From Sphaerodactylus townsendi (Eukaryota): 64,000 nt of DNA. Both the position numbers and the translations under genes were made by a program. Under the pieces are notes generated by a model. That model saw only the letters and a list, made by a program, of their open reading frames with translations, searched no databases and was not told where the DNA came from. The DNA is taken from NCBI RefSeq assembly GCF_021028975.2, contig NC_059433.1, positions 29,202,001 through 29,266,000 of the forward strand, in the 5' to 3' direction. Shown here piece by piece: positions 51,870-64,000 of this stretch (position 1 is the stretch's first letter; each line of letters begins with the position of its first letter).

Positions 51870-54800
51870 TTATCCATGCACTTCATTAGGGATTGGAAGA
51901 CCGTTCACTCCATCCAAGATGCTTTCCACCATGCTGATCATCATACAGCGGCGAGATTTCACAGTTGCACTTCCAATGTGAGGTGTTATTATGACATTCT
52001 TTAACTGTAGCAAAGGATGGTCTCTGGAGGAAACAACACCAATGTATATAACATTTTAGCGGACTCTTTCACTTTGTAAAGTCTACAAAACTTACAAAAA
52101 TGAAATGAGATTAATATAGGTTTTTATGACTGGTGGTTTCAAAGTTGTGTTAGGGACTGGGAAAAGAGTGTACAGGACTACTTTAGCCAAAGCCATTATG
52201 AACTTTATCTCCTTATGTTTGCCTCAAGATATTTTGTACCCCCACAAAATCTGAGAACTTGTTTCTGGGATCCTTTTGAAATGCCAGTGGCGAGACAGGA
52301 AGTTGTGCATTCTCCCCATGCGCTCTTCTTCACTGGCACTTCTACAAATGTCACTCTTCCAAAGAACTAATTGGGTTGTTTGTGCAGTCGGACTAGCCTT
52401 GTATGGACCAACTGCAGTAACACATACTCTGGAGAGATCGCTACTGCAATCATACTAGTAAAAAAAAACCTAAATGAGCAGTGCAGATGTGACCAATACT
52501 TATGCATGTATCACACCTATGGTCAGATCCAAGTTTTAAAATGAGTTTTGGAATACTTGTATCCCAGTGTGTGATGTGAGCGGGATGATGGAAAGTCACA
52601 TATTATTATTTATTTTATATTTATTATTTGGATTTATTAACCGCTCCACCCCCGTAGGGCTCTGCTTTTATTTCTGCCCCACTTACATTCTGACCTTGCT
52701 TAAGGAGTTCAGAGCAATGTTTGTGAGAATGGAACTACATCAGGCACCAGCAGGAAATTCCGTGCACATGCAGAAGGTACAAATAATATTCACTACTGTC
52801 AAGGAAGCAACATATGAATTGGATTTAAACATAAGTAGCCCATATGCTTACTTATTAAATCGCCATAGCCAAAATTAACTCTAGGAATGAATATACATTT
52901 TGTTGTTTTGCAGCAAATGATAAGTTAACCTACTAACCCTGACCCATAGTGTTTTATTTTTGTTAATAGCACTAGTGATGAGATGCAATTTCTTTTGGTA
53001 GGAGGGGCCTTTTTTGCCAATTTCCCCATCTACTGGAATGATTCATGTTAAGTCTCCATGATGTCTGTTAGGATCCCCCAGATTCCCTGGAGCAAAATGG
53101 GGGGCCGGGCTCAGTGAAGTGCTCTGGGAGGGGGGATGCAGGAAAGTCCTATTCCACAAGCATCACTTTGCATGCAGTACTTCAAATCCATCTGATAACA
53201 CATAATTCTAAATGAATCATATTTGGGATAGATTATACCTCAACCAGGGTAATTTGAGCCAAAAATACACATGGAAATACTGACTCTGAATGCTGGTTAA
53301 GCATTTCACGTTTGATCATTTTTACCTTGGCAGTGGTTCGGGATAGGTCACATCCAAAGCGGCAGCCTTAATAACTTTATTTTGGAGTGCTTTCACAAGG
53401 GCATCTTGATCAACCACCTGACCTAAATCAAAAGCAGAATAAGTTTGTTGAATCATAGCATTGGCCATTTCCCCACTTTTAAAATGACGTTCAACCTGTC
53501 TGGTCCAGGACCTTTTTAGCGCGAGGGTCGTGTTCCCTGGGCTTCCCGACTGCCCCGTGCCCTGCGCAGGGTCATCAACAGGCGCCATTTTGAGCAGCGC
53601 CCGAATGACCCGCACTGAGGGGGCGCAAGAGCAGCAGAGTCGGGGCGGCTGCGTTGTAGCCGCCCCTGTAGTGGGAAGTGCAGTTGGACCCCGCGCTACT
53701 TGGCGAGAGTAGCGCACAGCAAACAGTGAGTGGGGAAAGGGCCATTGACTTTAATGATTAACAGCACGTTAGATAATACAGATTTTAAAATTCCAACAGA
53801 TGAGATTTTCTCCAGCCAGAACATGAATTTAATATTTATAGCCTAATCAAGAGTGTTTTTCTGTATGACAGCTCTCTTTACAATTGCACTGTAAAAATAC
53901 CATCCTAAGAACGCTTTTCTGGGATTACGCCCCAGTGAATAGACTTGAATAGGATTCTGAATAGGCTTGCTGATGAGTACTCTCTATGGGGCAGAGGTGT
54001 TTCAGTCTTCACATTTCCAAAAACTATTTTACAGAAAAATTATTCGTTATCACCAGAAATTATTTTCAAACCTCATCACAGTTTATTTTGATTTGATTTT
54101 ATATGTCGATTTATAACCTGTCCTTACCCAGGGCTCAGGGCGGTGAACAACAATAATAACAATATAAAAACAGAATAAGCATAAAACATTGCAGCATAAA
54201 AACAACATTAAAGCATTAACAATAAATTAATAGTAGATGAAGAAAATCTCCTTATGATAAGAAACAAGACATTTTTACTATACCTCTGCAGATGTTGATA
54301 AGTATAGCAGAGGATTTCATGAGCTTTAATTCCTTTTCCCCAATCAAGCTGCGTGTTTGGGATGTGAGAGCCACACAGAGAATCACAAAGTCAGCCTGCT
54401 GGAGTAAGTCTTCCATCTGTTGACAATAAACAGCCCCAACTGCCTGTTCTTCATCCACAGCTCTGTAGGAAAACAAAATACAGCTCTAATCAGCCAATTA
54501 GTGAGTTAACTGGTGTACTGAAACGTTATTTTTTAACACAGTTATACTGAGAATCTATTTTTGAAAACATTTTGTAGTATGTCTATATAAACATGACCTG
54601 ACCTGAATATTCAACATATCCAGAAACGTTACAAGGAAGTGCCCGGATCCCAAATGTTATGCCAACTACAGATTTTAGAAATTGAAACAGACCATTGGCT
54701 CATGGAATATGGATTACATCTGAACATTCCAAAAACTGAATACCTCGAATGTGGCTCCCAAACAGATGGAACAATCAAAATCACCAGCCAGAAATTAAAC

Positions 54801-57800
54801 AAGGTCACTGAATTCAAGTGCCTTGGATCACTGGTTTCAGCTAATGGAAATACATTGACAGATGCCCGGTCACGAGTCAGTACTGTGTGGCTTAGATGGC
54901 GGCAAACCACTGGCATCTTGTGTGACAAGAAAATGCCTGAGCACCTCAAGGCCAAAATCTACAAAACAGTTGTTTGCCCAGTAGCATTGTACGGAGCTAA
55001 ATTTTTACCTACGGTTCCTATTATGGTACAGCAACAAGAAAACATGAACAAGTCCTTCATGTCATGGAAATGAGGATGCTTTGATGGATGCTAGTACCAA
55101 TTCTCCAGTACATGAGGCAGGCTTGGCTAAGGTGGTATGGCCATGTCATGCGCCGAGAGGAAATATCTGTAGCAAAGACAGTCCTGAACCTCGAACCTGG
55201 TGGATGCCACCCACGTGGCAGACCCAAAAAACGATGGATGGACACAATCAATGAAGACCTGCAGGCAAAGAACCTTACCCCAGAAGAAACTCAAAATCGT
55301 GACCTTTGGAAGAGACAGTTACAAAACTGACCCTGTAAATGCAGGAAACCAGTTTGGAAAGAAGAAGAAACAGACCATTGGTTCACTGTGGAGGTTAAAA
55401 CAGTGCAAACGAAATGTGGAACGAGAATATTCTTTGCGTTATGTTGCTCTCACTGCATTATTTTCTACTTATACAATGCTATTTTCTGCATTGTGTAAAC
55501 ATATCATGTCTAACATGTATCCTTTGTTTCAAATTTCTGTAATCCCAGTCCCATTATCTTGCTTATTAGATATCTCACTCTACTGGTTACACTGTGTAAT
55601 CTCCCTTGAGCCTCAGTGAGAAAGGCAGACTGTAACTGATGCAAATAAATAACTTAAATATAGATTTGAAGCATACATTCCAGGCAGGAAAAATAATTCC
55701 ATCATAATGCAACTATGTTAATCTGGATGCTACATATATGAGCAGTTATTGAGGCTAACGCAGGAGTATAAGCTGCGAGTACAAACTGGTTTTGCAATTA
55801 CAATCTGATCAGATAAATTTTTACCTACGGTTCCTATTATGGTACAGAATTTTCATTTCAAAAGCTTTGGCTCTCTGGGCTACCTTATACCCAATATGTC
55901 CCATTCCAATGATACCCAGAGTTGCACCACTGACGTCCTCTCCCAACCAGTCAGCTTTAAAATATTTGGTCTCAGGAGAAACTGCAATCTGATAACCTGG
56001 AAAATAAAGTATACAAAAGTGAGAAACAGTTAGTGGTGTTTTCAGAGATCAGCTGATGTTCCAAAGGTCTATTCTGCCACCCACACCCCTAAGAAAATCA
56101 GTGTGTGTGGGGGTGGGTGGGGAGGGGGAAGAATTGCTTTGTTTTTAATGGTAGTGATCAGCATTCCTATCCATGGCTGAATTTCTATCCATGGCTGATT
56201 CCATCCATGGCTGAATTTCTAAAATCAAGGTGCAATGGCCCAAATCTGCCTAGAAGGCACATGTTCCCAGATTCAAAGGCAGCATAGCGTGGTGGCTAAG
56301 AGCAGTGGACTCTAATCTGGAGAACCGGCTTTGATTCGCAAGTCCTCCACGAGTGGCGGATTCTTATCTGGTGATTTGTTTTACCGCTTCTATACATGAA
56401 ACCTGCTGGGAGACTTTGGGCTAGTCACAGTTCTTTGCAACTCTCTCAGGCCCACCTACTTCGTGAGGTGTCTGTTGTGGGGAGAGGAAGGGAAAGGAGT
56501 TTGTAAGCTTCCTTGGGTCTTTTTACAGGAGGAAAAGGCGGGGTATATATCCAAACTCTTCTTCTTTCTCTTATCCTCAAGATATGTGGAGACTTTCTGC
56601 AGTTACTCAGTGATCAAGGAAAGATACTCAGCAGGTACTCAAAGGCACTCTGTTACTTCACCTGTTCCAGAGCTAGAGAATAGCACTAAACAATATCAAA
56701 GGCTGTGTCCTGGCTCAAATTAGACCATGATAGAATACATTCTAAATACATCTGGCATTTCCTGTCAGCAGTTTGTGTGTTTATGTTGAGACAGCTCTCC
56801 CGCACCCACCCCCATCCCATCATCATTTTTTTAGGATGGAAACAATTGTGAGGACTGCATTTTATTGCGTATGTGAAATGCTGTTAAGTCACAGCTAACT
56901 TAGAGTAACCCAGCAGGGTTTTCAACACAAGAAACTAACACAGAACTATCAATCAGTAAATTCCACAAAATCTTATGATCTGAGACTCCAGTTTAAAGGC
57001 AGATAATCACATTGTTTCACTGCTCCTGTAATTAAAAACTCTGTGCATTAAGAAAACACACATTAAGCTAGATCTTTTCCCTCTGCTATGGTATCTTTAT
57101 ATATGCACAGAGGCTTTAAAAAACATAGGAAAGCAAAGATGCATTTATTTCTCTGTAGTCTGAAACAGTACAGACAGTGAATGGCTGCCTTGTGATCCCC
57201 CCCCCCCCCCCGAATACAGAGGCTATCTTTACACCTTGTTCCAAAGTATAGTAAGTTAAGGATATACCAGTTTCTGTGCTCTGGGTTTGAGCCAATCAGG
57301 TTTTCTCCTCATGGCTATACTGAGGGGCATCGTGGGACAGGCATGGACAAAAGCCATGTGGCATGGGAGTTGTAGTAAGAAGGGAAACTAACTGAGACTG
57401 AGTGAAAAGGCTGACTGGATCCAACCTACTGTCACAGAACAGAATACTGTACTCTTGAAACTTATTAGTACTGGAATTGCATATCAGCTTGGTGGCTAGA
57501 ATTCAATATTTTGAAATCAAGGTGTTGGTCAATTTACTTCCATTAGGTGAAAGTTTTCACACCTTTCAGTCAACACCTGTGCTGATACATCTTCACTCCT
57601 ACAAACATTGGGCTATTGCAGGGGTGTCCAACTCTAGCGCTTCAGATGTTCATGGACTACAATTCCCATCAACCCCTGATGGCATGGCCAATTGGGGCTA
57701 ATGGGAATTGTAGTCCATGAACATCTGAAGGGCCAGAGTTGGACACTCCTGGGCTATTGCAACACAGTAAATGGAATCTGCGCTGTAATTGGGATAATGC

Positions 57801-58701
57801 AAGACGCAGCAAAAACAAAACACAGAAGAAATAAGGGCAGTGGTTTGATCCACCTGAAGCTTTGGGATTTGTGTGTCCATGGGCCTCTATGACTGCTTTC
57901 TTTTTCTAGGCTAGGTTATGAGGTAGTTATAGAACTTGAGGATGAGAAAGTTTCCCCCCCAAAATAGGTGTTTTTGAAGACTAGGAGATGTTGTAGACCT
58001 GATTTCAGATATTTCCTTATCTGACTGTTGTGTGATTCTTTTCTAAAACCACAGTATTACTTCAGGTATTATCCCCCTGAAGTAAACTTTCCAACCTCCC
58101 TCCTTCTGCTCAAAATGTCCCCCTCAAATACTGCTGCTGGGTGCCAGGGACTTCCATGAACAGAATAGGGGGAGAGATGTGGGGCTACAGTGAGAAGAGA
58201 GAGGTGAGAAAGCCACACTCTACTGGTAGAAATCATTTCATCTGTGGAAGCGCTGCCTTGGGCCCAAGCTGTGAAGCTATAATGTATTCCGAAAGGGAAG
58301 ATGAACTCTGTTGTACCTTCCACAAGCCTCCTGGCCGATGCCAATAGTAAAGCTATCCCAAGGTCTGCTGTAGGATTGACAACTGCAAATGGCGTGTTCG
58401 CTACCTTCACTCCGAAGCTGGAGATCAGTTTCAAATCCAAATGATCCACTCCAACACCAGAGTTTGCAATCACCTTTAAGTTAGGCAAACTCTGCAGGAG
58501 CTCCCTGGTAGCCGCTGGTTTTTTAAACCACAAATAAATTGCTTCAATTTTTTGACTGAGTTCTTGCTGGTTTTCCAGAAATTCCTGCATGGTGATAAGC
58601 TTAAGGTGTTGCTCCAGGAACTCGACATGGTCTTCATAAACTCCATCAATGCCTCCTATAGCACTGATTAGTGTATATGGACGACAATTTTGCTTTGCCA
58701 T
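51870..58701 (-). CDS. Glyoxylate/hydroxypyruvate reductase-like D-2-hydroxyacid dehydrogenase, 328 aa, 5 coding exons
   Basis: Exons 58701-58317, 55996-55825, 54462-54284, 53422-53326 and 52023-51870. All GT-AG with phases 1,2,1,2; total 987 nt. Motifs [34 protein letters not shown] and TPHIGSAT. Confidence 0.93.
53463..53743. mobile_element. PIF/Harbinger-like MITE
   Basis: TIRs GGCCATTTCCCCACT / AGTGGGGAAAGGGCC; 3-bp TSD ATT. Confidence 0.7.
54640..55370 (+). mobile_element. RTE-clade LINE 3' fragment
   Basis: [37 protein letters not shown] and [10 protein letters not shown]; (GAA)n tail. Confidence 0.85.
57619..57751. mobile_element. Palindromic hAT MITE
   Basis: CAGGGGTGTCCAACTCT / AGAGTTGGACACTCCTG; 8-bp TSD GGCTATTG. 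Confidence 0.88.
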
Positions 58702-61319
58702 GGTCTATAAAACATAAAACAACACCCCAAATTGTAAAGTTCAGTTTACTAATGTGAAATATTACTTTTTTCCATGAAGAATTATATTTTATCATACAGT
58801 CTTGGGAACATAATTTTATAAAAAAGAAAAGAACATTATTAAACAGTTTTAGGGAACAATTTTAAGTCATTTCCTTTAAGTCTTCTTATGTCTTTTCCTT
58901 TGAACCATTTTTCTGTTTTAAAAAGGCCATCATAAGCTGCTTTGTTGACTTTGTTGGAGATGATGAGCCCTTCTATTCCTAGCATGAGGTTTTCAATTTA
59001 GCTGTCCGCCCTGCAGAGGCAGTCATTTCAAGTTGGTTACCACCTGCCAACCACAACACTTACTAGGCAATGGCCTTGCACATTTCCCTGGAATATGGGG
59101 TGGGTACCACATTAGGCAACATTGCTCAAAACAACCGCATGGGACTATTGAGGCACTCACTAGCACTACAAGCAAATCCTTTCCATTCTTCTTTTCTTAC
59201 TGTTCCCATCATCTCAAGTGAGTGCATGAACAATACTAAAAAAAAATTATGCAGAATAACAACTGATGAAAGCCCTATATTGCCTTAAAGGTTTATGAAA
59301 CATCTGTTTTGGTGACCTCGCCATATTTCTTCAATGGCAGCCGAAATTCTAGCAACCCTGTAAGTAACCCATCCATCTTTGCTTCCCAGTAGCCTAGTAG
59401 CCACAGCAGTTAAAGAGGTTAAAATGTTACTAATTAGAGGGAAAATCAGCTCTTGTCTTAAGAAAAATAAGTTAATAACCATCAGTCAGAAAGATTCCCA
59501 GTACAAGCTACAGTACAAAATTAAATGCTCTAAAAAGTTTATATAGCACTTTTTTAACCCACTGTTTCTGCAAGCGATTATATTGTTCCAGTGACAGTTC
59601 CAGGTTGTCTTGGGTGATACTTGTATGGGGTTGGGAGCAAAAAGGCAGAATAATTCGGGCAAAGATCCGATGATAAAGTTATGTCTGCTATGACTTTTTT
59701 GTGGTAGGTAACAAGAAGAGTTGCAAAACAACAGGTAGGTGACACGTAACATGGAAATTAAGTTCCCTAGATTTGACATAAATATGGCAAGAGTACACTT
59801 GACAAACCTGAAAGTTAGCAGAGTAGAGTTGCAATCCTATTTACATGTACCTGGCAGCACGCAGTACATGTACCTGGCAGTATGCCCCATTCAACTCACT
59901 GAGGCTTGTTTCTGAGTGAATTCTGAGTGAATTCTGGGTGCTTCTGAGTGAATATGAAATACAGGGTATAGCTCCCCCTACTTCAAACTACTCTATAGAT
60001 AATGTTGATACTTGATGAAAGGCCAACCATTTTTTACATATTTACTGAGTTAATTTATAACCCACCTTTCTTGCAGAGACTAAAGATCATATTAATTCAT
60101 ACTTCTGATAGAAAAGCTACGAGGGCAAACACTTGGCAAACTGTTACCAAATGACAGTAAGTCAGCTATCACTCTAATGCAGAGTTATTGCTCATTCTCC
60201 ATGAACTCTGATTTTCCTGAATCCTGGCAAGGGTTTTAGTTCTGGCAAACTCTAGGCTTTGTTGAGTTTTCCAGGTTGTCTTGGGAGATATTTGTATGGG
60301 GTTGGGAGCAAAAAGGCAGAATAAATTATGTCACAGTTCAGTCAATGACTGCAGTCCAATGCATACTTGGATAGTGGAAGCCACATGGAACTCAGTCAGA
60401 CTTTTTAGTAAACATACATTGGATTAGGCTGCACATAAGACAGGAGTGCACTGTTCAGATTGTATGCAAGACAGGATGGGTGTTGTGAGTTTAGCCAGCC
60501 TAGGCACTCAGCAAACTCCACAAATACCTGACCCCTCTCTTGCTCTGCCAGGTTGCAGCTTTTAGTAGTACGCATGTATTTCATGTATATGCTAAACATA
60601 TCAACAATAAATACACAGCTACCCAAAAAGAAGAAAATCAGATCTCTAAGTTGTTGTGAAAATATCAAATGCAGCAAGTTCCACAGTATAGCATTGAATA
60701 AAAGCAGCATAGAAAACAACCCGGTAGTCTCCTTTAAATCCTCTCCAATTTGGCAAGTCTTCCTACTCACTATTAAAGACCATTAAAGAAAAAATAAAAA
60801 GGATTTAGAGGGAAAATATAAAAGCTAGGAAGGTTGAAGAAGACATTTAACATAGCTTGAAGGAACTGGATATATCATAGAATCTACAACAAACATAAAG
60901 ACACATTTCAACCACGGGAAAGAAATTAGAAAGAAGGGTGCTAATCGCCTTGAGCGGAGACTGCAAGAGAATGATCAGGTTAAAAGGAAAGGAATCTTCA
61001 AACTGAATCAGCAATAAACGAGAAGCTGATTTTTAACATGCCTGGTTCGGGTTTGGGGTAAGACACAGGATTTATTATCTCCTTCAAAAGCTTTCCTCCA
61101 AGCTTTTATTCTCAGCCTCGTATGGGGACAGATAGTACTACTATTTAGCCTTTCCAACCTTCCTAGTTGAAATCCTATTGGCTACAACTAGTCTGTCGTT
61201 TGTGCAAATACCGGGGAGGGGGGAAAGGCTGCAATTCCCAACATTTTCTAGAGTGGAAATCCCACTAAATTAAAACTGCTCAGAATCGCAGATTTTTCCT
61301 CGATTGTTGGGCTAGTAAA

Positions 61320-61780
61320 GCAACGGCCGAAGAGTCAATCCGGGCGACAAAGAGAAGCACTCCTCAGGAGAGGGACCCAGCATGCAGTTTGCAGAAGGGG
61401 CGCGACGCCGCCGTCCTTTCTCCCTCCCCCTCCAAAAAATAAAATTACCTTCTCCACTGGAATCGTTTCAGGCGCCGTCAGAAGCGGAGTTTGCAGTCGG
61501 CCCGTTTCAACCCCGATTCGTGTTTGGAGCTCAGAGATGGGAAGTTAAATACAGATTTAATCTTGGTCATTCTGCGGTTACCGGAAGGCGTTACTCGAGG
61601 AGAACTTTGTTCCTTAATGCTGAAGCCAAAGGGGCGAAACGGGTCACCTTGCAACTTGCATGGGGGAAGACGATCGGAAACGCTGATTATTCTTAAGGAG
61701 GAGGCTGAAATTGGTGCATCTTCCTGTTTCATTCCTATGTCCTTATCCTGCGGCGTAGCCGCAAAGATAGATGATGCAAA
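61320..61780 (-). promoter_or_regulatory. CpG-rich probable promoter / non-coding exon 1 of the GRHPR-like gene
   Basis: CpG cluster; the ATG exon has an acceptor at 58704, so an upstream exon is required; candidate donor GAAG|GTAATT after 61449. Confidence 0.45.
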
Positions 61781-61819
61781 AAGTTCTGCATCCCCAAAAG
61801 AGCACCCCAAGCCATCAGA

Positions 61820-62103
61820 GGGCCTTTCCCCACTTACCTTAAGCCCCGCACAAGTGGCATGGGGTCCCCCGGCACTCCCCACGAGAGGGGCGGCGACAGC
61901 GCAGCCGCCCGACGCTGCTGCTGTTGCAGGCCCCCTCAGCACACAGCATCCCTGGCGCTCTTGCAAAGTGCACCTCTTGATGACCCCGCACAGGAGTCGC
62001 GGGGAGTGCGATGCAGGGCTGCTCAGGGCGCATATACGGGCTGAGAGCATGGCCTTTGCGCAGCACTCAGGGGGGGGGGATCATGCTGAGTGGGGAAATG
62101 CCC
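61820..62103. mobile_element. PIF/Harbinger-like MITE, same family as 53463-53743, opposite orientation
   Basis: TIRs GGGCCTTTCCCCACT / AGTGGGGAAATGCCC; 3-bp TSD AGA; internal homology to the reverse complement of 53530-53710. Confidence 0.7.
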
Positions 62104-62599
62104 AGAATTGCCAGGGGTGTGTGTGTGTGTGGGGGGGGGGGGTGAGAACAGGGAGGTCTGCCCACCTTTGGAGTCCATACATTTGGGTAGATCATGTCAT
62201 GTGATGTGTTTTCATATCATGTTTGGGTTGGGGTTAAGTGGTGTGAGGAGACCACAAACGTTGGTAGGGGGTACATCATGCTCTGGTCAGTACTGCTGTC
62301 AACAGGTGACTTCAGCAGAGGGGAAACTGATAGAGCGATTCCTATGCAGAAACTCAGGATGGAGTGACTCTGCATAGGTTAGTACTGAAAGGCAATGGTT
62401 GGAAAAAAAGAAGAGAGTTTCATGTGAGAGAGATTCTTGAATTTTCAGAGCCTAAGAATCCTGTTTATCCAAAGTCTGTGTCTGCTGCTTTCTGATAAAC
62501 AGTATGAGGTGTTTAAGCAGAGCTTCTACGGTAGATGAAGGAAGGTTTGCTACCCATTTGTGCTTTTTATTAATTAAATATTGAGAGCAGCGTTCTTAA

Positions 62600-63060
62600 T
62601 ATGCTGATGACACCCAGTTGTATCTGATGATGACTGGTCAGCCGGATGCTGTGATGGAATGGATGAAGGAGAGCTGGCTGGAATTAAACCCATCAAAGAC
62701 AGAGGTCCTGTGGCTGAGCTGAAGAGGGCAGGCAGGAGAGTTCAGTTGGTGAGTCTTGACAGGGTGCAACTGGCAGCCTATCTGTCCCAAACTGACTTAG
62801 TCGCAGTGATCCATGCCACAGATACGTCTAGACTGGATTACTGTAATTCACTTTACTCAGGGCTACCCTTGGGCATGCTCTGGAAACTGGTCCAGAATAT
62901 AGCAGCAAGGGTTCTTATTGGATCCTCGTGGTGAGCATACATTCAGTCTGCCAGCTGCATTGACTCCAGGAGGACCTCTGGGTCACGTTCAAGGTTTTCA
63001 TACTAACGTACAAAGCCTAAATGGTCTGAGGCCTGCATACTTACAGGACAGTCTCATTAC
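62600..63060 (+). mobile_element. L2 LINE fragment
   Basis: YADDTQLY (tatgctgatgacacccagttgtat) and SRLDYCNSLYSGLP. Confidence 0.75.
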
Positions 63061-63350
63061 ATCCCCTAAAGCCACTGGCGAAGCTACCAGGGGACAGGGG
63101 GGGTGCTGCACACCAGGTACATGGTTTTGAGTCACGTGGGGGGCAGAAAATTCCCCCAGACCCCTCCCCCCTTCCCCTCACTTGTGGCCTCCCACTTGGC
63201 GCCCCCCCCCCTGGGGGTGGTGGGGGGGGGGGTGGGGTGGTGGGCGGGGGTGGGGGCGGTGGGGGGGGGGGGTGGGGGGGGGGGGGGGGGGGGGGGAGGG
63301 GGGTTGGGGGGGGGGGTGGAGGGGGGGGGGGGAGTGGGGTGGGGGGGGGG

Positions 63351-63638
63351 NNNNNNNNNNNNNNNNNNNNNNNNNNNNNNNNNNNNNNNNNNNNNNNNNN
63401 NNNNNNNNNNNNNNNNNNNNNNNNNNNNNNNNNNNNNNNNNNNNNNNNNNNNNNNNNNNNNNNNNNNNNNNNNNNNNNNNNNNNNNNNNNNNNNNNNNNN
63501 NNNNNNNNNNNNNNNNNNNNNNNNNNNNNNNNNNNNNNNNNNNNNNNNNNNNNNNNNNNNNNNNNNNNNNNNNNNNNNNNNNNNNNNNNNNNNNNNNNNN
63601 NNNNNNNNNNNNNNNNNNNNNNNNNNNNNNNNNNNNNN
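63351..63638. other. Assembly gap preceded by a poly-G low-complexity tract (63213-63350)
   Basis: N run and G-rich flank. Confidence 1.
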
Positions 63639-64000
63639 GGGTGGGGGGAGCATCGTAGTGTGGCCCCTTGTGGCATCTTTCAGTCACTTTAAAATGGAAT
63701 TGTTGTCCTCGTGGTGGCCCATGAGGATACATCTTATCTATGAGTCATGCAGACTGCATGATATCAAGTTGCCCGGTGGTTTCCACCAAGCCCAGCCACA
63801 GTGTATCCTCCCTCAAAGGTCAAAACAGTCCTGGAAAGACCCCTTCCCCTCCATCTGCTTTTTACTGACCAAAGCAAAGGTCTGAATGCTGACAATCTTG
63901 TTGTGATTATCTAGGCCACCCAACTATCGCCACTGAGAAGACATTTATTTCAGAAAACTGCTGGTACTGCTTCTATCATTTGAGGAGGTTTTTAAAAATC

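Noticed and set aside
61478-62204. ORFs of 190-237 aa similar to ORFs at 53322-53717
   Set aside because: The similarity comes from two copies of the same GC-rich MITE, not from a protein family.

Overview
Eukaryotic, repeat-rich vertebrate DNA. The SINE/CR1/L2/Penelope content points to a squamate reptile, probably a gecko (inference). There are two N-gaps (44381-44847 and 63351-63638). Four protein-coding genes read right-to-left on the minus strand. (1) A complete 328-aa GRHPR-like D-2-hydroxyacid dehydrogenase with 5 coding exons (58701-51870). (2) RBFA, the mitochondrial ribosome-binding factor A (48613-38279). (3) A complete 127-aa intron-containing NUTF2 (NTF2) paralogue with 4 coding exons (32501-26436), almost invisible in the ORF track. 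(4) The 5' end of ADNP2 (CpG-island exon 1 near 11.6-12.0 kb, first coding exon 456-349). The main structural signal is in RBFA: exons 3-6 lie on the + strand while exons 1 and 7 lie on the - strand. The 4.8-kb block between two palindromic hAT MITEs (39566 and 44350) is inverted, and the swapped 8-bp target-site duplications show this. It is either a mis-assembly or a MITE-mediated inversion. RBFA exon 2 was not found. Other features are a cluster of three non-autonomous Helitrons, nested solo LTRs at the RBFA promoter, a 34-bp copy of a splice donor inserted into an intronic RTE LINE, and decayed Penelope hammerhead motifs. No rRNA, tRNA genes or CRISPR arrays were seen. Homology calls rest on remembered reference proteins, not on database searches.
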